From Planctomycetota bacterium (lineage in GTDB: Bacteria; Planctomycetota; B15-G4): DNA of 64,000 nucleotides. Position numbers and translations under genes: made by a program. The DNA lies in the NCBI GenBank assembly GCA_965248575.1, contig CBDFJQ010000002.1, positions 2,400,001 through 2,464,000 on the forward strand, read 5' to 3'. This document shows positions 19,839-28,220 of the stretch, in pieces. The notes under the pieces were generated by a model. That model was not told where the DNA came from and searched no databases. It saw only the letters and a program-made list of their open reading frames with translations. Position 1 is the stretch's first letter. Every line of letters starts with the position of its first letter.

Positions 19839-20710
19839 GAGGCACCGCCCTTGGCCGTGGAAAACCTCAGGTCGGCGAAACGTTTCGCCGTTTCGAAGAC
19901 CGCCTTCTCGATCGGGATCCGCTCCGTCGAGGAGCCAGTCCAGAAACCGTCGCAACTGGTCTTGTCCAGGATCACCTGGGCGTCCTCGGGCCGCTCAAGC
20001 GCTGCGCCGTGCCCTACCAGCAGGATCTCGGGGTCGATGGCGCGCAGTTTCTGGCAGACCTCTTCGGTGCGCTCCGCCGTCTCTTGGATGGTCTCGCCGG
20101 AGTCGTAGCCCTTCAGGCCGCCCTTGGTCGTCCCGGCGTGGAAGCAGAACACGTGCGGGCGAGCCTCCTCCACCAGGCGCAGGCTGTCCTCCAGGTCGAA
20201 GGCCAGACCGATGCTCACCATGCCCAGCTCGCGGCACAGCTTCAGCATCTCGATCTCGTTCTCGAAGGTGATGCCGCTGCTGGTGAGCACCTTGAAGATC
20301 TGGCTGTCCTTGTCGACGTAGCTGATGGATGGGCCGATGTTGGACGCCGAGGGCACGCCCATGGCGAGCAGGCGCTCCAGTACGGTGCGCATGTCCTTCA
20401 GCGGGTCGTTCGCGTTGAGGCACGCGCACACAAAGGCATCCCCCGTCATGGCCGGCAGGATGTCCTGCTCGGTGTAGTCCAGGGTCTGCTTGTTGCTGTC
20501 CAGGATGGGCCAGAGCATGGACATGGTGCCCATGCCATTCCCTCTCAGGCGGGCTCCAGAGAAGGTGTTGACGCAGTCAGCACCCGCCTTCTCGAGCAAC
20601 TGCGCCACCAGGCCGCTACCGGCGCTCGCGATGAACAGGGGTTCGCGCCGGGCTGCCTTGGCGCGCAGGCGTTGCAGAACCACCTCGGGGGAGATGCGGG
20701 GAACAATCAT
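19835..20710 (-). CDS. TIM-barrel signal transduction / phosphoenolpyruvate hydrolase-like family protein
   Basis: 'ASAGSGLVAQLLEKAGAD', 'NANDP', 'CFHAGTTKGG', 'GFWTGSSTERIP'; the usual partner of UPF0261. Confidence 0.85.
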   Translation of the reverse strand: MIVPRISPEVVLQRLRAKAARREPLFIASAGSGLVAQLLEKAGADCVNTFSGARLRGNGMGTMSMLWPILDSNKQTLDYTEQDILPAMTGDAFVCACLNANDPLKDMRTVLERLLAMGVPSASNIGPSISYVDKDSQIFKVLTSSGITFENEIEMLKLCRELGMVSIGLAFDLEDSLRLVEEARPHVFCFHAGTTKGGLKGYDSGETIQETAERTEEVCQKLRAIDPEILLVGHGAALERPEDAQVILDKTSCDGFWTGSSTERIPIEKAVFETAKRFADLRFSTAKGGAS

Positions 20711-20935
20711 GCAGGCCTCTCGAAGTTCGAATCAGGGTCTCGCTCGCCGCCCACCCGAGCGCTGGGAGCGCGCATCCTCTCATGCCTGGGTTGCTTCCGG
20801 CCACGCCCCCGTGCGGACTCTCTCCGTCCGGCATGGCACACTCCGGGGTCCCGGAAGGGCGCTCCCGCCTACGCGCCCCCGCCCTCGTCTCCAGCAGCTC
20901 CAGCAGCACCTCCTTCCCTCCGTCGAGACCGACCC

Positions 20936-21217
20936 GTGAAAGCCCTCTGGAACGGCCGCATCATTGCTGAGAGTGACGCCACCGTCGTAGTGGAGGGGAA
21001 CCACTACTTCCCCCCCGATTCCCTCGTCATCGAGAACTTCGAGCCCAGCAAGACCACCTCGGTCTGCGGCTGGAAGGGCACGGCGCACTACTACTCCGTG
21101 CTGGTCAACGGCGAGCGCAACGAAGACGCAGCCTGGCATTACCCAGAGCCCAAGGCGGAAGCCCAGAACATCGCCGGGTACATCGCCTTCTGGAAGGGCG
21201 TCAGCTTCGAGGACTAG
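20936..21217 (+). CDS. DUF427 family protein
   Basis: 'KALWNGRIIAESDATVVVEGNHYFPPDS', 'CGWKGTAHYYS', 'AAWHYPEPK', 'IAFWKGV'. GTG start at 20936. Confidence 0.92.
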   Translation: MKALWNGRIIAESDATVVVEGNHYFPPDSLVIENFEPSKTTSVCGWKGTAHYYSVLVNGERNEDAAWHYPEPKAEAQNIAGYIAFWKGVSFED

Positions 21218-21256
21218 GCGGCGGACGCGCTTCCCACGGTCCGTTCAGTGGTCCGA

Positions 21257-22210
21257 TCAGTCCGGCGACTCGTCGCTGAGGGAAACGGTCGACTGGCGCT
21301 CCCTGTGAACGTGCAGCTGGGTCACGTCGGGCCGTGAGTAGTGTCCGGCGGCGTCGAAGTTGTGCCGTTGCTCCCGCACGCAGGCCATGTCGAGATGCGC
21401 CAACAGCAGCTGCTCGCTCCCGGTCTGCGGTTCGATGAGCCAACTCCCGTCGGGCTTCGCGATGCACGAGCCTCCGTTGGCAGGCATGGCTTCGATGCTC
21501 GCCCGTAGCAATTCCACCTCCGGCAATGAGTCCGGGATGTCCTCGGAGCGCATGAGCGAGCTGACGGAGGCCACATAGGAGCGCCCCTCCAGCGCCATGA
21601 AGCGCGTGATATCGACGGTGTTGTTCAGGTTGCCTGGCCAGACCGCGACATGCAGGTCTTCACCTTGCCCATAGAGGGCAGCGCGCGCCAACGGCATCCA
21701 ATTCTCCCAGCAGTTGAGGCCGCCCACGGTGAACTCGTCGAGCCGGTGCACCCTCAGACCGTGCCCATCACCCGTCGACCAAACGAGCCGCTCCTCATAG
21801 GTCGGCATCAGCTTGCGATGCACGGACTTCACCTCCCCTTCCTCGTTCACGTAGACGAGCGAGGCATAGAGGCTGTGCCCCGTGCGTTGGCGCGGGCGTT
21901 CGATCACCCCCAGGTACACGGCGATGCGGTGCTTCGCCGCGAGCGCACACAGTTCGTCCAGGTGCCCGTGTTCCAGACACACCGCCTGCTCGGCGTAATG
22001 CGCGAACAACGTCTGCTGCACGTCCGACCTGAAGCGCGCGCCGTCCGTGCGTTCGACCCAGAAAGGATAGCCCGGCACCAGCGCTTCACCGAAACACACC
22101 AGCCGCGCACCCGCCGACGCAGCTTCCTCGACCTTCTGCAGGACCTTGTGCAGCGTCGCCTCGCGACAAAGCCAGACGGGTGCAATTTGCGCGAGCGCGA
22201 TGGTCAGCAT
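21257..22210 (-). CDS. Nitrilase / carbon-nitrogen hydrolase
   Basis: Glu-Lys-Cys triad in 'FGEALVPGYP', 'HRKLMPTYEER' and 'LNCWENWMP'; C-terminal 'FDAAGHYSRPD'. Confidence 0.93.
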   Translation of the reverse strand: MLTIALAQIAPVWLCREATLHKVLQKVEEAASAGARLVCFGEALVPGYPFWVERTDGARFRSDVQQTLFAHYAEQAVCLEHGHLDELCALAAKHRIAVYLGVIERPRQRTGHSLYASLVYVNEEGEVKSVHRKLMPTYEERLVWSTGDGHGLRVHRLDEFTVGGLNCWENWMPLARAALYGQGEDLHVAVWPGNLNNTVDITRFMALEGRSYVASVSSLMRSEDIPDSLPEVELLRASIEAMPANGGSCIAKPDGSWLIEPQTGSEQLLLAHLDMACVREQRHNFDAAGHYSRPDVTQLHVHRERQSTVSLSDESPD

Positions 22211-22394
22211 GTGAGCTCTTCAGTCGGGATGTCGAGTGCTCGGGGAAGCCTACTGAGACGTGCGCTCTCTCATCAAGTTCTCATCAAACAACTTGCCTAA
22301 GTCTTGACAGAGCAAGGACTCACAACGCGTCTGCCGCTCTGAGCTTTCCCTGCCGGCAGCCTCGAGAACTCCTCTCCTTTCTTCGACCCAGACC

Positions 22395-24122
22395 ATGAGG
22401 TTCGCCATGTTCTCCACCCGATTGATGGCGGTCATCGTGCCGCTCACATTGACTCTCATTCCACTGAGCCACGTGTTCGCTCAACAACACGACGCGACTC
22501 GTTCACCCGTTCACCGTTCGCGAACTGCCACCGGGAACGGTGCCCCCGATGAGGGTTCACAGGCTTCCAAAGCCTCGCAGAAGAAGGGCCGGCAGCACGG
22601 CGGCGGCGCCATCTTCCCCTTGGAGTTCCGCTCCATTGATGGGTACGGCAACAACCTGAAGCACCCGGAGCGTGGTGCGGCAGACGTTCCGTTCGTGCGC
22701 ATGATCAAGGCGGCCTATGCGAATGGCACGGCAGCCCCAGCGGGGCAGGACCGGCCCTCGGCACGAACCATCAGCAACAAGATCTCAGCCCAGACCACAG
22801 ACCTCCAGAACAACGTCCTGGCGACGGACTTCCTGTGGCAGTGGGGGCAGTTCGTCGACCACGACATCGACGAGACTCCCATCGGCTCCCCGGCGGAGGC
22901 GTTCGACATCGCCGTGCCGCTCGGGGACGTGTGGTTTGACCCGCAGTCGACGGGAACGATGAGCATTCCCTTGGATCGCTCGGCATGGGAACTCAAGAAG
23001 AGTGTCCGTCAGCAGGTCAACGGGATCACGGCCTTCATCGACGCCTCAAACGTCTATGGCTCCGATCTTGAGCGCGCGGCAGCACTGCGCACGCTGGATG
23101 GCACCGGTCGCCTGGCAACGAGTGCAGGGAACATGCTGCCCTACAACCTGGCCGGTCTCAGCAACGCACCCGCTCCCACGGCGGACTACTTCCTGGCGGG
23201 AGACATCCGCGCCAACGAGCAGGTCGCCCTCACGGCCATGCATACCGTTTTCGTTCGCGAGCACAACTTCTGGGCGACCGAGATGGCACGTCATCTGGCG
23301 CTCGATGGGGACACGCTCTACGAGGCGGCACGCGCACTGGTCGCCGCTGAGATACAGGTCATCACCTATCGGGATTTCCTTCCGGCCCTGCTCGGGGAGG
23401 GCGCCCCGCGCCCCTACCGTGGATACAGGACTTCGGTGGACCCGGGCATCTCCAACATCTTTGCCGCGGCGGCCTTCCGCATGGGCCACACCCTGCTGTC
23501 ACCACAACTGCTGCGCCTGGAAGCCGACGGAAGCCAGCCGGACGGCCCCCTGGAACTCAAGGCCGCTTTCTTCAGCCCTTCGACCTTCCTGGCCACGGGG
23601 CCAGCCCCCCTGCTTCGCGGCCTGGCTGCACAGGCTTGCCAGGATCTGGACCCCTTCATCATCGATGACGTGCGCAACTTCCTGTTCGGCCCACCCGGCT
23701 CGGGCGGCTTCGATCTCGCGGCGCTCAACATCCAACGCGGCCGTGACCACGGGCTCCCGAGCTATGCCGCCGTGCGTGCCAGGCTCAAGCTTGGCAAGCT
23801 CAAGAACTTCGGCCAGATCACGAGCGATGCGACGCGTGCGCAGCTGCTGGAGGACACCTACTCGAGCGTGAAGGACATCGACGCCTGGGTCGGCATGCTC
23901 GCGGAGGACCACGTCCCGGGCGCGCTCGTCGGCCCGACCCTGCGCAAGATCCTCGGCGACCAGTTCGAGCGCCTGCGGGACGGTGACCGCTTTTGGTACC
24001 AGGCCTACCTGCCGCCGGAGCTGGCACAGTTCGTGGAGTCGCAGTCCCTGACCACCATCATCCGACGCAACACGGACATCGGTGATGAACTCTCCCCCGA
24101 TGTCTTCCGTATCACCCCCTGA
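22395..24122 (+). CDS. Secreted animal-type heme peroxidase (peroxidase-cyclooxygenase superfamily)
   Basis: Signal peptide; 'FRSIDGYGNN', 'WGQFVDHD', 'TAFIDASNVYGS', 'AGDIRANEQ', 'AFRMGHT', 'ALNIQRGRDHG', 'QFERLRDGDRFW'. Confidence 0.93.
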   Translation: MRFAMFSTRLMAVIVPLTLTLIPLSHVFAQQHDATRSPVHRSRTATGNGAPDEGSQASKASQKKGRQHGGGAIFPLEFRSIDGYGNNLKHPERGAADVPFVRMIKAAYANGTAAPAGQDRPSARTISNKISAQTTDLQNNVLATDFLWQWGQFVDHDIDETPIGSPAEAFDIAVPLGDVWFDPQSTGTMSIPLDRSAWELKKSVRQQVNGITAFIDASNVYGSDLERAAALRTLDGTGRLATSAGNMLPYNLAGLSNAPAPTADYFLAGDIRANEQVALTAMHTVFVREHNFWATEMARHLALDGDTLYEAARALVAAEIQVITYRDFLPALLGEGAPRPYRGYRTSVDPGISNIFAAAAFRMGHTLLSPQLLRLEADGSQPDGPLELKAAFFSPSTFLATGPAPLLRGLAAQACQDLDPFIIDDVRNFLFGPPGSGGFDLAALNIQRGRDHGLPSYAAVRARLKLGKLKNFGQITSDATRAQLLEDTYSSVKDIDAWVGMLAEDHVPGALVGPTLRKILGDQFERLRDGDRFWYQAYLPPELAQFVESQSLTTIIRRNTDIGDELSPDVFRITP

Positions 24123-24223
24123 GTGACTGTCACCCGGGCCCATCGTCTCCGATGCTGGACTGAGCCGGCCGCCGTTGAAACTCCCAACGGCGGCCGGCTC
24201 TCTTGCGCACCCAGCGGTTTGCG

Positions 24224-24694
24224 TCAGACCGGTGTGCCCAGGAAGCTCCCGAGCTTGGCCAGGCCTGCACTCCAGCCGTCGCGGATGATGTCGCGCAGCT
24301 GCATGTCGCCTTCGACGCGCATGTCGGGAATGCCTTCGTGGACAAGCGTGACCAATGTTCCGCCATCCACATCCGTGAAGTCCACGGTCACGGTCATCTC
24401 GGTGCCGGGCCCAGCCATGCCCTCCGACACGAAACTGATTCGATTGGGCGGGTCGTACTCCTTGAACACAGCCTCGCCGGGGTGCTCCCCCACGCCCTCG
24501 ATGGTCATGCAGTGGTTGTACTTGCCACCGACCTTGCACTCGATCTCGGAGCGCACGGCTGTGGTCTGGGCGCAGCCATACCACTGCTGCACCTTGCTCA
24601 CGTCGACCCATGCCTCGAACACCGCTTCGCGTGGCGCGTCATAGACCCGCGTGACATACAGCTTGCCGTCCTCGAACTTCGTTTCCGTCGTCAT
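24224..24694 (-). CDS. SRPBCC / AHSA1-like ligand-binding protein
   Basis: 'LYVTRVYDAPREAVFEAW', 'VGGKY', 'PPNRISF', 'GTLVTLVH', 'GWSAGLAKL'. ATG overlaps the ArsR stop (TGATG). Confidence 0.9.
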   Translation of the reverse strand: MTTETKFEDGKLYVTRVYDAPREAVFEAWVDVSKVQQWYGCAQTTAVRSEIECKVGGKYNHCMTIEGVGEHPGEAVFKEYDPPNRISFVSEGMAGPGTEMTVTVDFTDVDGGTLVTLVHEGIPDMRVEGDMQLRDIIRDGWSAGLAKLGSFLGTPV

Positions 24695-25080
24695 CACTTG
24701 CTTTCCTTGCTTGGCGACCGCTTGGGAGGCGGCGGCTGGTTCTTTGACTTCTTGCCATGCGCCTCCAGGTAGGCGTCCACGGCATCGAATTGCTTCTTCC
24801 AATGGCGGGCGTAGTGCCCGATCCAGCTCTGGGCTTCCTCGATGGGGCGAGGGTTCACCTTGATGTGGTGTTCACGCCCCTTCTTGGTGCGGCGAATGAG
24901 GCCTGCCCGCTCGAGCACGGCGAGGTGCTTCGAGACCGCCGGCTGCGAGATCTGAAACGGCTCGGCCAGGGTGCCGACCTTCGTCTCCCCGTCGGCGAGG
25001 CGCTCCAACATGCCTCGTCGAGTGGGATCCGAGAGTGCGCCGAACACCAGGTCGAGCTGTGAGAGTTCAGAACGTTTCAT
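24694..25080 (-). CDS. ArsR/SmtB family transcriptional regulator
   Basis: 'LDLVFGALSDPTRRGMLERLA', 'ISQPAVSKHLAVLERAGLI', 'GREH'; coupled to the SRPBCC gene. Confidence 0.93.
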   Translation of the reverse strand: MKRSELSQLDLVFGALSDPTRRGMLERLADGETKVGTLAEPFQISQPAVSKHLAVLERAGLIRRTKKGREHHIKVNPRPIEEAQSWIGHYARHWKKQFDAVDAYLEAHGKKSKNQPPPPKRSPSKESK

Positions 25081-25120
25081 AACCACATGGTTATATATCG
25101 AAGATTGGCACAGCCGTCAA
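25079..25120 (-). promoter_or_regulatory. Sigma70-like promoter and palindromic operator of the ArsR-SRPBCC operon
   Basis: Minus strand TTGACG (25120-25115)-N17-TATATA (25097-25092). Perfect palindrome ATAACCA-CA-TGGTTAT (25079-25094) overlaps the -10 region and the start codon. Confidence 0.75.
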
Positions 25121-25184
25121 CACCCACGCCCGTCACCAATCTTCCCTCGACCTCGCCGGGGCCGCTCAGCCAGGCTGGCGTGCC

Positions 25185-25811
25185 ATGAGTTCTCCCACCT
25201 CTCGCTATCCCATCCTGGCGGCCGTGCATCGGCATGAACTGCTGGAGAAGCGCAGTCGCTTCCTGTGCGTACTGGTGCCGGTGAGCAGCGAAGACGAGGC
25301 CGCCAGCGAACTTTCGATGCTGCGGGAGCAGTACCCGGACGCCAACCACCACTGCTGGGCCTTCGTCCTGGGGCCGCCGGGGAGCACAGCCCGCATCGGC
25401 AGCAGTGATGCAGGCGAACCATCGGGAACCGCGGGACGCCCCATGCTCGAATCGCTGGTGCACGGCCCCGTGGGCGACGTGTTGGCGGTCGTGGTGCGCT
25501 GGTTCGGCGGCATCAAGCTCGGTACGGGCGGCCTGGCGCGGGCCTATTCGGGTGCGGTACGCGACGCCTTGGAGACGGCCCCCAGGGGCCAGCGAACCGA
25601 ATGGGTCGAGCTCTCCATCTCGGCTGGCTATGCGGAAGCCGAGGTCCTCCGCCGTCTCTATGCGGAGTATGAGGCGGAGCTCCTGGGCGAAGTGTTCGAG
25701 GCCCGTGTCAGCCACGCCCTGCGGGTCCCCAGCGACCGGGCGGAAGAGCTGCACGCAGCCATCACAACCGCCACGAACGGTGCCGCGACCATCGATCCGG
25801 ATGGGTTCTGA
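25185..25811 (+). CDS. yigZ: YigZ / IMPACT family protein
   Basis: 'EKRSRF', 'ANHHCWAF', 'SDAGEPSGTAGRPML', 'VVVRWFGGIKLGTGGLARAY'. Confidence 0.92.
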   Translation: MSSPTSRYPILAAVHRHELLEKRSRFLCVLVPVSSEDEAASELSMLREQYPDANHHCWAFVLGPPGSTARIGSSDAGEPSGTAGRPMLESLVHGPVGDVLAVVVRWFGGIKLGTGGLARAYSGAVRDALETAPRGQRTEWVELSISAGYAEAEVLRRLYAEYEAELLGEVFEARVSHALRVPSDRAEELHAAITTATNGAATIDPDGF

Positions 25812-25819
25812 GCAACGCA

Positions 25820-25855
25820 ACAAGCCGCCCCACTCGCGGGAGTGGGACGGCTTGT
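25820..25855. terminator. Hairpin between convergent genes
   Basis: ACAAGCCGcCCCACTC-GCGG-GAGTGGGaCGGCTTGT (one mismatch), between yigZ and the redoxin gene. Confidence 0.6.
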
Positions 25856-25915
25856 GCGAAACGCGCGATGCTGGCCAACCCGGAACCAGCCGGGGCCAGC
25901 TGCCCTTTACGGGGA

Positions 25916-26971
25916 CTAGCCTCGCGAGAGCTGCTTGCCTTGCAGCGCCGAGCTGTACTCCTCGACCGCCTTGAGCAGGGACTCCTTCATCTTGCCCTCA
26001 GCGTGCTCGACGGCGAGCTTCTGGATCTCCAGCGCCTTCGCCAGATCGCCACGCCAGAAGTGCACGCGCGCCACCGTGTCGAGCACGGACGGGTCCTTCT
26101 TGCCGGAGAACTCATTGGCCTTGTCGGCTGCCAGCAGCGCCAGATCGAGGAAGCGGTTCTCGCGCTCAACGGCCGGGTCGACCAAGGTCCACGCGAAGCC
26201 GTTGAGGCCGTTGCTGTCCTTGTGCTCGATGGACTTCGCCACCAGCTCATGACCCAGGCGCTGCGCCTCCTCGGCGTGCTTCGGCAAGCTCGCGAGGATG
26301 TTGAAGTGCAGGCTCTCCATGCCCTTGGCCGCTACCGGGTACTTCTGCTTGAAGGCCAGCAGGCGTTCGAGCGCAAGCTTGGGCTCGGCGGCCTTGTAGA
26401 TGTCGTTCCGCGAGTTGCTGATGTCCTCCATCATGGCGGGACCTTCTTCGTAGTCCCAGGTTCCGGCCATCACGTGCGAGAGCGGGATGTCGAGTTGCAT
26501 GGGATGGCCGATCCACGCCACCTTGCCGGCCTGGTCGATGAGGAAGCCCGTGGGGATGCCGCGCTGCTTGGCCGCGGTCATGTACGCCGTGTTCGTCTGG
26601 CGTTCCACATCCCAAGCCACGCTGTAGTCCATGCCGTCACCCTTGGCCTCCACCATCTCGTGGACCTTCTCGAGTGAGTTGCTCTTGTCGACGCTGGTCA
26701 TGCCGATAATGGTCAACCCGTCGTCGCGGTAGGTGCGCTGCAGTTCCGAGAGATGCGGCATGCTGGCGATGCACGGTCCACACCACGTCGCCCAGAATTC
26801 GATCAGGTAGGCCTGACCTGGTTCGAAGGCTTGCACGGGTGAACCCTTCACCCATTCCGCCACGACCAAAGAAGGGGCTGGATCGCCGATGCGAAGGGTG
26901 GCTTCGTCTTCGGCCCGGGCCGTGGAGACCAGCAGGGCGCAGGCCAAACCGGCGAGGAGAGTCTTCTTCAT
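25916..26971 (-). CDS. Secreted TlpA-like redoxin with C-terminal TPR-like helices
   Basis: Signal peptide MKKTLLAGLACALLVSTARA; 'LIEFWATWCGPCIASMPHLSELQ', 'GIPTGFLID', 'WIGHP'; C-terminal 'LNGFAW...LDTVARVHF'. Confidence 0.9.
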   Translation of the reverse strand: MKKTLLAGLACALLVSTARAEDEATLRIGDPAPSLVVAEWVKGSPVQAFEPGQAYLIEFWATWCGPCIASMPHLSELQRTYRDDGLTIIGMTSVDKSNSLEKVHEMVEAKGDGMDYSVAWDVERQTNTAYMTAAKQRGIPTGFLIDQAGKVAWIGHPMQLDIPLSHVMAGTWDYEEGPAMMEDISNSRNDIYKAAEPKLALERLLAFKQKYPVAAKGMESLHFNILASLPKHAEEAQRLGHELVAKSIEHKDSNGLNGFAWTLVDPAVERENRFLDLALLAADKANEFSGKKDPSVLDTVARVHFWRGDLAKALEIQKLAVEHAEGKMKESLLKAVEEYSSALQGKQLSRG

Positions 26972-27110
26972 GATGAAATACCTGTTGGGGCGGGGCGAAT
27001 CGTGAAATCGGCGGCGAGTGTACCCCCGTGTCCCGCTGCGACGGGAGCCCCTTGCAGAATGTACCCTGCCCCTACCAGACCACCCTGCGCCCCCACTGAG
27101 GAGTGACCCC

Positions 27111-27845
27111 ATGCGCACCACGAGCTGTCTCAGCCTTGCCCTCTGCACCGCAGCCCTGCTTTCGGGTGGAGCCACCGCCCAACGCGAAGAGGGCGGAGAA
27201 CGCACTCAGGATCACGCCGCCGAGCGAACCCGCGAAGCCGCTCGGGAGCACACGCAGGACGCTGAGCACACACGCGGTACTCACGAAGGCAAGGAGCTGG
27301 GACCCGCCGAGGCCCGCCGGGCCGCCGAGCAGAAAGCCAAGGAGCACGCGGGTGATGCGCGCAAGGGTGCTGCGCCCAACCACCGTGTCATCGCGGCGGA
27401 GATCGCCTCCGCAGAGACGCACCACCGAGGCCGCATGGCCAAGCTCAAGCGACTGAAGGTGTTGGCCGAGAAGGCCAAGCAAGACGGCCGCGTGAAGGAG
27501 ATCAACGATCTCCAGCACACGGAACTCCGCCACCACGAGCAGGTGCTCGCAAAGTTGCGCTCGAAGTTGGGTCGTGAGGGCCAGGCTGCCGCAGACCGCG
27601 CCACGGGGCACGGGCGCGAAGCCAAGGAGAAAGATCCCGCCGGACGTCGCAAGGCCCTTGAGCAGTGGGAGAAGACGCACCCGGGCCGCGGCCATGGTGT
27701 CGAAACCCACGGCCGTGCAACCCGCGGCGCCAAGGATGCTCGCGGACGTGCCGAAGAGGCTGCGCGCGGCCACACCAAGGAGGCCAAGGACGCTGTCCGC
27801 AAGCAGACCGACAAGAAGGAAAAACGCGAAGGACGCGACGGTTAA
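27111..27845 (+). CDS. Hypothetical secreted, highly charged (R/K/E/H-rich) helical protein
   Basis: RBS GAGGAG upstream; signal peptide MRTTSCLSLALCTAALLSGGATA; low-complexity charged helices. Confidence 0.7.
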   Translation: MRTTSCLSLALCTAALLSGGATAQREEGGERTQDHAAERTREAAREHTQDAEHTRGTHEGKELGPAEARRAAEQKAKEHAGDARKGAAPNHRVIAAEIASAETHHRGRMAKLKRLKVLAEKAKQDGRVKEINDLQHTELRHHEQVLAKLRSKLGREGQAAADRATGHGREAKEKDPAGRRKALEQWEKTHPGRGHGVETHGRATRGAKDARGRAEEAARGHTKEAKDAVRKQTDKKEKREGRDG

Positions 27846-27888
27846 GTCGCCCCTCTCCCCCTACCCACACCAATACGAGACCAATCAG

Positions 27889-28134
27889 ATGAAACACCGA
27901 CTTCCCTATGCGCTTCCCGCCGCCTTGGCTGCGGCCCTGTTTCTCCCTGCCTGTGGAGACAAGGCTTCCTCCGACGGCGGAGACTCCGAGGCTGCAAGCG
28001 TGGACGCGGCCTTCGCTGAAGAGCCCATCCCCAGCCAGGACGTCGCCGATGCCGCTGCCGAGGCAGCCATCGACGAGAGCAACGCTGACGAGGCCTTTGA
28101 GGCCCTGAAGGCAGAGATCGAAGAGGACGGCTAA
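27889..28134 (+). CDS. Small acidic lipoprotein
   Basis: MKHRLPYALPAALAAALFLPA|C lipobox; D/E/A-rich mature part ending 'IDESNADEAFEALKAEIEEDG'. Confidence 0.75.
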   Translation: MKHRLPYALPAALAAALFLPACGDKASSDGGDSEAASVDAAFAEEPIPSQDVADAAAEAAIDESNADEAFEALKAEIEEDG

Positions 28135-28220
28135 CGCCTGCTTCGCTCGTCGTCGCGGGTCGGCTCAGTCAGTTGGGCCGGCGCGCGCGGCGCATCAGAA
28201 GTGGAAACGCCGACCCCGCA

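Noticed and set aside
19799..20935. N-terminal part of the 472-aa plus-strand ORF 19799-21217
   Set aside because: Antisense shadow of the TIM-barrel gene. Only the last 93 codons (DUF427, from GTG 20936) are real, so this is not a fusion.
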